This document shows, one piece after another, positions 17,394-25,777 of a DNA stretch of 64,000 bases. A program made the position numbers and the translations under genes. This DNA is from Longimicrobiales bacterium. GTDB lineage: Bacteria > Gemmatimonadota > Gemmatimonadetes > Longimicrobiales > Gaopeijiaceae. The stretch lies in the NCBI GenBank assembly GCA_041690395.1, contig JAWLHJ010000002.1, positions 260,707 to 324,706 on the forward strand, read 5' to 3'. Each line of letters opens with the position of its first letter. The stretch's first letter is position 1. The notes beneath the pieces are model-generated. The model made no database searches. It was not told where the DNA came from and saw only the letters and a program-made list of their open reading frames with translations.

Positions 17394-19835
17394 TCAGTCG
17401 TTGTCGACGTCGGTAGCGAGCGCACGCTTGAGTCTGAACTGGTCGCTCTGGACCACGCCCAGGATGAACGAGGACATGCGGTAGTCGTGTTCAGCCGCCT
17501 CCCGGGCGATCGCGCGCACGGCCGGCTGGTCCATGTGATCCACGCGTCGTCCCAGCGCGTAGGTCATGAGGTTCTGTGTGAAGTGCCGGACGAACGGGAT
17601 CGGTCGCTGCTCGAGCACCGCCGCGAGGCTCGCGGGGCTGGAGATCTCCGTGCCGTCGTAGAACTCCCCTTCGGTGTCGAGCGGCACCCCGTTCTCGCGC
17701 GTCCTCCACTGTCCGGTCACGTCGAAGTTGTCCAGCGCCATGCCGATCGGGTCGATCAGCTGGTGACAGGAGTTACACGTCGGGTTCGCCCGGTGCATAC
17801 GCAGCCGGTCCGCCGTCGTCGCCAGGCCTGCCGGAGCCTCGTCCCCCGTCGATTCGTCCAGTGTCGGGACGTTCGGCGGCGGCGGCGGCGGCGGCGTGCC
17901 CAGCAGTACCTCCATCACCCATTTACCCCGCAACACCGGCGACGTGCGGTTTCCGTAGGACGTCTGCACCAGCATGCTCCCGTGTCCCAGGATTCCCTGG
18001 CGCCGGTCGTCCGGATAGGCCACCAGACGGAAGTCGTCGCCGACGACGCCGTCGATGCCGTAGTGGTTCGCGAGACGCTCGTTGAGGAAGGTGTAGTCGG
18101 CGTCGAGGAGCTCGAGCAGGCTACGATCCTCACGGATGAGGTTGTCGAAGAACAGCTCGGTCTCACGGCGCATGTCCCGCCCGACCTGGCTGTTGTAGTT
18201 CGGGAACCAGAACGCGTCCGGCTTCACCTTGTCGAGATCCTGGAGCCGCAGCCAGAGCGATGCGAAGCGCGTCGCGAGGGCCTCGGACCTGGGATCCTCG
18301 AGCATCCGGCGCGCCTCACGCTCCAGCGTCTCCGGGTCGTTCAGGTCGCCCTCGGCGGCCACCTGCCGCAGCCGCTCGTCGGGCCCCGTGCCCCACAGGA
18401 AGTACGACAGCCGGGAGGCGAGGTCGAGGCCCGCGATCTCGAAGACCTCGCCCGGCCTGACGCCCGCCGGCGTCCGCTCGAAGCGGAAGACGAAGTGCGG
18501 GCTGACCAGCATGGCCTCGATGGCGGAGCGCACGCCCCGCTCGAAGCCGCCGTCGGCCGCGCCTTCGTCGTAGAAGTACATGAGCCCGTCGATGTCGCGC
18601 TGCTCGAGCGGACGACGATAGGCCTCGGTGGCCAGGCGCGTGATGATCTGCTCGGCACAAGGGCGAGCTTCGTCCGCGGACGTGGGTCGGCAGCTGAACA
18701 CCCGTCGGCGCGCATCGGTCTCGGACACGCCGGAGGCGTCGAACGGACCCTCCACGGTCATCTGCATGATGTGCGGGAGCGACGTCGTACCGTAGCTCGC
18801 CTCGGTGCCCGTCAGCGACCAGTCGTTCGGGCGGATCAGGTCCTCGTAGGGGCCGTCCTGCTTCCGGATGAACGCCGCTGTCAGGCGTCGCTGGCCCGCG
18901 CGGACGAACACGGAGTCCGTGCTGACCGGATACGCCAGGCGGCCCTGGAAGTCGATCAGGCGCGTGCTCGCGCCCTGGTAGCGGAGGAGCGCCACACGCT
19001 CGCCGTCCACCGAGATGTCGATGTCGTCGAAGCGCTCGCCCCACCCGGAGATGAAGCCGAGCGACACGATGTACTTCCCGTCGGCCGGGAAGGAGTGGAG
19101 CACGCTGACGCCGCCGCGCGTCCCGTACGGGGCACCCTCGACGCGGTCCCACTCGTGCTGCGACACGTACGGCTCGTTCTGGTACGTCGTCTCCACGGGC
19201 GTCGCGTCGGGATTCCCGATCACCTGGCGCGCGATCTCACTGGCGGCATTCAGGTACGCGTCCATGAGCGTCGCGGAGAAGCCCTGGACGTCGGCGACAT
19301 TGTCGAAACTCGCGCTGATCTGATCGAGCGGCAGCCACTGGCCGGCATCCACCTGAAGTCCGAACAGGTCCTCGATGGCACGCTCGTACTCCGCACGATT
19401 CAGCCGCTGGAAGGGACGCTCGCCGGGCCTGGGCTCCGAGGCCGCTGCCTCGTCGATGGTGCGCTCGAGCCTCTCGACCAGGGCGACCAGGGTGTCGCCC
19501 GCGGGACGGTTCGCGCCCGGAGGCGGCATCATGTCGGCTCGGAGCTTCCGGATGACGCGCTCGGCCACCTCGGCCCGTTGGACGGCCTCCGAGACGGCGA
19601 AGTCCTCCAGGGACAGGTTGCCCGTCATACGCCGCTCGCTGTGGCAGCGGACGCAGTACTGGTCGACGACGTCGTCCATCGCCGCGGCGTCCGAGGAGGA
19701 CGCATGCGTAGCCGGCACGGACATCGCGGCGGTTTCGGAGGAGCCGAGATCGGCTTCCGTGCCGAAGAGCGCAGGGCCCTGCGTGGCGAACAGAAGGGCG
19801 GTGCCGGCGACGGCGGTCGCGACGATTGTCTTCAT
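17394..19835 (-). CDS. DUF1592-family multidomain protein (cytochrome c-like N-terminus; DUF1587/1595/1592/1588/1585-type domains)
   Basis: Two CxxCH motifs (CVRCH, CNSCH); RLNRAEY, LASRLSYFLW, TSPVLRGKW, PPPPPP, YALGR; signal peptide. Confidence 0.9.
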   Translation of the reverse strand: MKTIVATAVAGTALLFATQGPALFGTEADLGSSETAAMSVPATHASSSDAAAMDDVVDQYCVRCHSERRMTGNLSLEDFAVSEAVQRAEVAERVIRKLRADMMPPPGANRPAGDTLVALVERLERTIDEAAASEPRPGERPFQRLNRAEYERAIEDLFGLQVDAGQWLPLDQISASFDNVADVQGFSATLMDAYLNAASEIARQVIGNPDATPVETTYQNEPYVSQHEWDRVEGAPYGTRGGVSVLHSFPADGKYIVSLGFISGWGERFDDIDISVDGERVALLRYQGASTRLIDFQGRLAYPVSTDSVFVRAGQRRLTAAFIRKQDGPYEDLIRPNDWSLTGTEASYGTTSLPHIMQMTVEGPFDASGVSETDARRRVFSCRPTSADEARPCAEQIITRLATEAYRRPLEQRDIDGLMYFYDEGAADGGFERGVRSAIEAMLVSPHFVFRFERTPAGVRPGEVFEIAGLDLASRLSYFLWGTGPDERLRQVAAEGDLNDPETLEREARRMLEDPRSEALATRFASLWLRLQDLDKVKPDAFWFPNYNSQVGRDMRRETELFFDNLIREDRSLLELLDADYTFLNERLANHYGIDGVVGDDFRLVAYPDDRRQGILGHGSMLVQTSYGNRTSPVLRGKWVMEVLLGTPPPPPPPNVPTLDESTGDEAPAGLATTADRLRMHRANPTCNSCHQLIDPIGMALDNFDVTGQWRTRENGVPLDTEGEFYDGTEISSPASLAAVLEQRPIPFVRHFTQNLMTYALGRRVDHMDQPAVRAIAREAAEHDYRMSSFILGVVQSDQFRLKRALATDVDND

Positions 19836-20060
19836 CAAAACTCCCAGGAGCCGCGGGCGCCGACCGCGGCCGTCTCTTCATCTATGTCGGGTGGGTACGC
19901 GAACGCGCCCGGACACGACGACGGCGGGAACGTCGTGCACCCGTATTCTAGGCCGGACGGAGGCCGTGGAAAAGCCGGCCCGACCCGTCACGGTCCGGTG
20001 ATCAGTCGTCTACAAGGACCCCCGAGAGGGCCCGAGCGTTGAGTCCACACTCCACGGCCA

Positions 20061-23000
20061 TCAGGGGAAGACGGTCGGCACGATGACGCCCACCACGCCG
20101 GCCTCCTGGAGTCGCTCGTTGAACGCCGCCAGATCGGAGCGTGTGAGCTCGGCCAGCTGGCCCCTCACCGCCGACCAGTCGGCGTTGAGGTCGTCGAACC
20201 GCTCGTGGGCGCTCCGCGTCGGGCGGTTGGCCGTTCCCTGGACGTGTCCGTAGAGGAAGGCGTACTGCTCGTCCAGGCGGTATCCCGCTCCGGGGAGTCC
20301 GTCGGCTTCGGGCGCGTCGCTGGCGATGAGACGGGCCTCCAGGACGGTGAGGCGGCGGATCAGGTCGTCCGCGGTCTCCAACAGCGACGGATCGGCCTCG
20401 GCGATTTCGGCCGCGCGGGCCGTCGCCCGCACCTGATCCCTGATCGACCGCGCCGCCTCCACCACCCGGTACACGCTGCGCACGGTATCGGACAGCTCGA
20501 CGGAGAATCGATGCTGTTCCGCGAGATCCTCGATCGAGAGGTCCTCGCGTCGGGGGTCCTCGAGGAGGTCGAACGTACGTGCCTGCGTGGAGCCGCCGAC
20601 CGTCATCCGGACCTCGTAGACACCCGGGACCACCTTCGGGCCCGTGCTCGAGAACGCACCTCCCTCGGGAACCTCGAGTCCCTCGCCACGGAACGCCCAG
20701 GTGAACCGGTGTGACCCCGCCTGCGTCGGGAGCGCGGCGTCGTGACCGGCGCTGGAGGAGTCGCTGGAGAACGTCCGGATCACCCCGCCGGCCTCGTCCA
20801 CGACCTCGAGGGTGAGTCCGTCGTCCACGTCTTCGGGAAGATGGTAGAAGAAGATCGCGCCCGACGGCGGGGCCTCGTGCCAGCCCCGAGCGTCCGGGTA
20901 GCGGATGTCCACCGCCCACGCGTCTCTCGGAGCGTAGAGGTGCGGTCGATCCGTGGGCACGCTCTCGTCGATCTGCCGCAGCGGGGTCGCGTCGTCCAGG
21001 ATCCAGATGCCCCTCCCCTGGGTCGCCAGCACGAGGTCGCCCCGGTGCGACTTGAGGTCCAGCACCGGCATGCGCGGCAGGTTCAGCTGCAGGGTCTGCC
21101 AGCTGGCGCCCTCGTCGAACGAGACGTAGATGCCACGCTCCGTGCCGGCGTAGAGGAGCCCGCGGCGCTCCGGATCCTCCCGCACCACTCGGGTGGGTGC
21201 GTCTTCCGGAATCCCACGGGTGCCGTCCGCGATGCGCCGCCAGGACGCCCCGTAGTCGTTCGTCAGGAACACGTAGGGGGTTTCATCGCCCATGCGGTAG
21301 GCGTGCGCCGTCACGAACACCCGACCCGGCGCGTGATCGGACGGATGGATCACGTTGACCGTGCTCAGGCGCGGCAGCCCGTCCGGCGTCACGTCCGTCC
21401 ACGTCGCGCCTCCGTCCCGGGTGACGTGCACGAGCCCGTCGTCCGAGCCGGCCCAGAGCACGCTCGGATCGTGGGGAGACGGCTCGAACGCGAAGATCGT
21501 GTTGAACATCTCCGCACCCGTGACGTCGTGGGTGATCGGACCGCCCGGCACGTCCATCGTCTCCGGGCTGTCGGGCCCCAGGGTCAGGTCCGGGCTGACG
21601 ACCTCCCAGCTCTCGCCCTGGTCGGTCGAGCGATGAACGTGCTGCGACGTCGTATAGAGCACGTCGGGATCGTGCGGGGACAGCCGTATGGGCGCGTTCC
21701 ACTGGAAGCGATACCTGACTTCCGAGTTCGGACGCTCACCCTGCCGCTCGGGATAGACCCGGATGCTCCGCACTTCGCCGGTGGTGCGGTTCACCCGCTC
21801 CAGCGTGCCGCTTCCGGAGCCGGCGTAGGTGATGTTCGGATCGCGCGGATCGATCTGGATGTCCCCGCTCTCCCCTCCGCCGACGCCGTGCCAGTACTGG
21901 AAGCGCTCGTACGCGTCGATGTGGGCCCAGGGGACCCAGCTCGGGAGCGTCATCGTGTCGAAGTCCTGGACCGAGCCGTACACCCAGTACGGGAACTGGT
22001 CGTCGACGAAGACCCGGTAGATCTCCGTGAAGCCCTGGAGGACGTACGACGACCAGGTCTCGGTGTCGTTGAGGCTGATCTGCATGCCCCCGTCGTTCAC
22101 CACGGCGATGATCTCGGGGTGCTTCGGGTTGATCCAGAAGCCGTGCTGATCGACGTGCGGCGTGTCGAAGTCCTCGAACGTCACGCCGCCGTCGTTGGAA
22201 CGCCACGCATCGTCGGTGGCGGTGAAGACCGTGTTGCGGTCGGTGGGATGGGCGTGGACGTGCGTGTAGTAGAAGGGGCGCGAACGGATGCCGGACTCGT
22301 TGTTGACGAGCTCCCAGGTCGCGCCGCGGTCGTCGGATCGGTACATCCCGCCACGGTCGCCTTCGGCCTCCACCATGGCCCAGACCCGGCTCGGGTCGGC
22401 GGGCGAGACGTCCACGCCGACCTTCCCGAGCAGACCTCCGGGAAAGCCGCCGCCTTCCACCCTCCGCCAGCTGTCGCCGCCGTCCGTGGTCTTGAAGAGA
22501 CCACCCTCCGTGGATCCGCTGATGAGGGTCCAGGGTTTGCGCTCGGCACGCCAGGTTCCGACATAGATCTCACGCGGATTGGACGGGTTCATGGAGAGAT
22601 CCACGGCTCCCGTGCTGTCGCTCACGAACAGCACGTTCTCCCACGTCCGCCCTCCGTCCCCGGAGCGGTAGACACCTCGTTCCGGGTTGGGTCTGAACGG
22701 ATGGCCGAGCGCGGCCACGTACACGAGGTCCGGGTCGTCGGGGTGCACGACGATGTCACCGATCTGGCCGACGTCCTCGAGCCCGAGCAGGGCCCAGCTC
22801 TCTCCCTCGTCGGTCGAGCGGTAGATGCCGCGCCCTACCGCGACGTTCCCCCGGATGGTGCTCTCGCCCGTGCCGGCGTAGATGACGTTGTGGTCGGAAG
22901 GCGCGATGGCGAGGGCCCCGATCGTCCCGACCGCGAACTGTCCTTCGCCGATGGGACGCCAGGTGTGGCCGGCATCCTCGGTCTTCCAGATCCCGCCGCC

Positions 23001-23237
23001 CGACGAGCCGAGATAGAACGTGAAGGGCTTGTCCGGTATGCCGGCGAAGCTGATGGCGCGGGCGCCCAGGTCGGGGCCGATGTAGCGGTACTCGAGCCCC
23101 TCGTAGAGCGATGGCTCGTACAGGTTGCTCCCCTGCTGCGCCGCGACGGAAGCATGGGCTCCGGGTACCGCCAGGAGGAGGGTCGCCAGCGCCAGCGCGC
23201 CGGCGGCGCGTCGGACGTGCGGCGAGGTGCCCCTCAT
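20061..23237 (-). CDS. Secreted VPS10/BNR (Asp-box) repeat beta-propeller protein
   Basis: About ten S/TxDxGxTW-like Asp-boxes; YRYIGP, GGGESG, YRFQWNAPI; signal peptide; ATG overlaps the creatininase stop. Confidence 0.9.
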   Translation of the reverse strand: MRGTSPHVRRAAGALALATLLLAVPGAHASVAAQQGSNLYEPSLYEGLEYRYIGPDLGARAISFAGIPDKPFTFYLGSSGGGIWKTEDAGHTWRPIGEGQFAVGTIGALAIAPSDHNVIYAGTGESTIRGNVAVGRGIYRSTDEGESWALLGLEDVGQIGDIVVHPDDPDLVYVAALGHPFRPNPERGVYRSGDGGRTWENVLFVSDSTGAVDLSMNPSNPREIYVGTWRAERKPWTLISGSTEGGLFKTTDGGDSWRRVEGGGFPGGLLGKVGVDVSPADPSRVWAMVEAEGDRGGMYRSDDRGATWELVNNESGIRSRPFYYTHVHAHPTDRNTVFTATDDAWRSNDGGVTFEDFDTPHVDQHGFWINPKHPEIIAVVNDGGMQISLNDTETWSSYVLQGFTEIYRVFVDDQFPYWVYGSVQDFDTMTLPSWVPWAHIDAYERFQYWHGVGGGESGDIQIDPRDPNITYAGSGSGTLERVNRTTGEVRSIRVYPERQGERPNSEVRYRFQWNAPIRLSPHDPDVLYTTSQHVHRSTDQGESWEVVSPDLTLGPDSPETMDVPGGPITHDVTGAEMFNTIFAFEPSPHDPSVLWAGSDDGLVHVTRDGGATWTDVTPDGLPRLSTVNVIHPSDHAPGRVFVTAHAYRMGDETPYVFLTNDYGASWRRIADGTRGIPEDAPTRVVREDPERRGLLYAGTERGIYVSFDEGASWQTLQLNLPRMPVLDLKSHRGDLVLATQGRGIWILDDATPLRQIDESVPTDRPHLYAPRDAWAVDIRYPDARGWHEAPPSGAIFFYHLPEDVDDGLTLEVVDEAGGVIRTFSSDSSSAGHDAALPTQAGSHRFTWAFRGEGLEVPEGGAFSSTGPKVVPGVYEVRMTVGGSTQARTFDLLEDPRREDLSIEDLAEQHRFSVELSDTVRSVYRVVEAARSIRDQVRATARAAEIAEADPSLLETADDLIRRLTVLEARLIASDAPEADGLPGAGYRLDEQYAFLYGHVQGTANRPTRSAHERFDDLNADWSAVRGQLAELTRSDLAAFNERLQEAGVVGVIVPTVFP

Positions 23238-24133
23238 CGGCCCGACGAGGCCCTCTCGATGGCCTGCCTGATGTGCCCCACCGTGTAGTCCGCGCGGAAG
23301 TCCACGATACGCTCTCCCAGATCGATGATCCGCTGCAACGGTACGAGGCTGACGCCGTTGATGGACGCGAGCCCGGCGTCGACACGCTGGTCCCAGCGGA
23401 TCGTCTCGGGGTCCACGACCGCCATGAAGGCGGTCACCCACATGTCGTCATGATACCCGTCGTTCGTGGTCTCCGCGACACCCAGCACCTCCTCGGTGTA
23501 ACGCTCCGTCTCCTCCCACCCCGGCGAGTAGAACTCCCGGACGAAATGCGCCGTCCGGTCCGAGCCGACCCACCGCTCGTTCAGGGCCTCGGCGGCGGCG
23601 GCCATGCCGGCCTGGTTTCCGCCGGAGTCTCCGATGAAGACGACGTTGGTGAAGCCGTGGGCGCCGAGGCTCCCGCCGATGTCCTCGAGCAGAGCCTGGT
23701 ACGTCTCGTCTCGGACGGTGATCGACCCGGGATAGCGCATGGCGCCGGTCGGCGGATCGATGCTCCCCTCGGGGACGAACGGCACGATGGGCGCGCAGAG
23801 CGCGTTCCCGAGCTTCTCCGCGATGGCGGGACAGAGCGCCTCGAGGATCACGTTGTGCTTGCCGGTGGCCAGGTACGGGCCGTTCTCCTCGATCCCGCCG
23901 GTGGGCACGATCGCCGTCGTATACCCCTCGGCGATCCGGTCCCGCACCTCGATCCACGTGAGCTCCTCGATCCATACCGACGACGACGGCTCGATGGGAT
24001 TCGGCATGGCGAGCTCTTCCTGATAGGCCCGCTCGCGCTCGGCGATCTGCTCGGGGGTGAGCGTCCGCTGCTGGGCGGCCACGGGCGCGGCGACGACCGC
24101 CGCGAGGGAGAGTATCGAAAGGACCGTCTTCAT
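23234..24133 (-). CDS. Exported creatininase family protein
   Basis: WIEELTWIEVRD, IVPTGGIEENGP, PGSIT, IGDSGGNQ; Sec signal MKTVLSILSLAAVVAAPVAA. Confidence 0.85.
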   Translation of the reverse strand: MKTVLSILSLAAVVAAPVAAQQRTLTPEQIAERERAYQEELAMPNPIEPSSSVWIEELTWIEVRDRIAEGYTTAIVPTGGIEENGPYLATGKHNVILEALCPAIAEKLGNALCAPIVPFVPEGSIDPPTGAMRYPGSITVRDETYQALLEDIGGSLGAHGFTNVVFIGDSGGNQAGMAAAAEALNERWVGSDRTAHFVREFYSPGWEETERYTEEVLGVAETTNDGYHDDMWVTAFMAVVDPETIRWDQRVDAGLASINGVSLVPLQRIIDLGERIVDFRADYTVGHIRQAIERASSGR

Positions 24134-24308
24134 GGTTCCTGCGCTCCGAGCGTGATGTTGGCTGTGGACCCGACGGGTCCGTCGTGGAGGCGAGAAGCGC
24201 CCGGCCGCAGCTTCGCGACCGGGCGCCTCGTCGTGCCTCCGTCCTGTCCTGCGTGAAGCCCGCGGAGCCGCGCGCCGAGAACGACGCACGGCTCCGTCGG
24301 GACTCCGG

Positions 24309-25745
24309 TTACGGCAGCGGTCCGAACGCGGACAGGCCCTCCTCGGCCAGCACGCGGTTCATGTCGTAATCGATCACGACCTCGTCGGTCGAAGCCGCGT
24401 ACGGGTCGCGGGGCGCGAAGTCGTCCATCCCCTGGGGGATGTAGTCGGGGATCACGATCTGCGTCTCCGGATCGCCCGCCGCGATGGCCGCGTTCGTGTC
24501 GGTCTCGCGCTGCATGACGGGAAGGCGGATCCCGAGGTCGTGTACACGCCGTCCCTCGAGGAAGAGGATCTCCTGACGCGCCAGCCAGAAGGCGTGCCGG
24601 ATCTCCAGGGGGTCGACGAGCGCCTCGACGCTGTCCGCGTCGAGCGACGTGCCGCTCACCGTGGGCACGGTCACCGTGCCCGGACGGTCCAGGACCAGGC
24701 CTGCGCGCAGGGGCGCCCCCGGCTCCGCCGCCACCAGGATGTCGGATGTGGTGGGCCGCTGGGAAAGGTCACCGTTCAGGCGATCGTCGTCGTCGTCGAA
24801 CGTCCCCGTCGGACGCGTCTCGGCCAGACGAATGGCGTCGGCCACCTTCTCGGCGGCCAGCGCGTAGTCGCCGTTGAACATGTCGATCTCGGCCAGGATC
24901 AGGTGCATTTCCTCGGCCTTGGAGACCGGAATGGCGGCGCCCCTGGACGTGTACTTCGGATCGAGGAAGTCCAACCGCGGCAGCGGCTGGTACTGCCGCG
25001 TCTCGGTCGAGAACGGGTTCTCGATCTCACCGGCGGCGTAGTTCTGCACCTTCAGGAACTCGGGCGACGCCGCGAGCAAGCCGGCCGCGAACGTCCCGGC
25101 CTCGGTGGCGTTCCCGAGCGCACGGTGGGCACGGGCGAGCGCCCCCTGCAGCGCCAGATCGAGATCCTCCTCCGCGGTGAGCCCGCGCGCCGCCGTGAAG
25201 TCGTCGACGGCGAGCTGCAGGAGCTCGTCCCACGGCGTCGGCTCCGCATCGGGAGCCCGCGGCACGGCGATGAAGTTCTCGCCCTGGAAGAGGTACGCCA
25301 TCCCCCTGTAGTAGCGAGCCTCCGCCAGCTGCTCGTCGGTGGCCAGATCATCGAGCGGCGCGATCGAGTCGATGACGAAATCGCTGAGCGCGCGGAGCTC
25401 CTGCGCGTTCCAGTAGGCGCCGATCGCGCCCGTGGTGTTGTACGAGGCTCCGTCCGGTGTGAACAGGTACGGATCGAGGAGCTCGGGTCCGATGTTGGTG
25501 AACGCCACCTCGGAGTCGTCCGAGAGGAGCGCCGACGTCTGGACCACCGCGCGAACGGTGCGCGCCATCTGGGCCCGGACGCCCGGCAGGAGCGCGGTCG
25601 TGGGCTCCGCGGCGTTGGCCAGGTCCTCGGTCGTCGTGTTGGGGTTCGTCACGTTCGTCGGATCCAGGAAGTCACACCCGGACGCGGCGAGCATCGTGAC
25701 GGCCGCCACGAGGGCGGCACGTCCAAGTCTATGTGTGCGATGCAT
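24309..25745 (-). CDS. SusD/RagB-like outer membrane lipoprotein
   Basis: Lipobox ASGC-DFLD; EMHLILAE and RQEILFLEGRRVHD SusD-like motifs; directly downstream of a SusC-like gene. Confidence 0.8.
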   Translation of the reverse strand: MHRTHRLGRAALVAAVTMLAASGCDFLDPTNVTNPNTTTEDLANAAEPTTALLPGVRAQMARTVRAVVQTSALLSDDSEVAFTNIGPELLDPYLFTPDGASYNTTGAIGAYWNAQELRALSDFVIDSIAPLDDLATDEQLAEARYYRGMAYLFQGENFIAVPRAPDAEPTPWDELLQLAVDDFTAARGLTAEEDLDLALQGALARAHRALGNATEAGTFAAGLLAASPEFLKVQNYAAGEIENPFSTETRQYQPLPRLDFLDPKYTSRGAAIPVSKAEEMHLILAEIDMFNGDYALAAEKVADAIRLAETRPTGTFDDDDDRLNGDLSQRPTTSDILVAAEPGAPLRAGLVLDRPGTVTVPTVSGTSLDADSVEALVDPLEIRHAFWLARQEILFLEGRRVHDLGIRLPVMQRETDTNAAIAAGDPETQIVIPDYIPQGMDDFAPRDPYAASTDEVVIDYDMNRVLAEEGLSAFGPLP

Positions 25746-25777
25746 GGTATATCCTCGTTGCTGGTCTCGGAGTCGCG

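Noticed and set aside
24197..24226. GC-rich hairpin between susD and the creatininase gene
   Set aside because: Imperfect stem with no U-tract; it cannot be distinguished from chance structure at this GC content
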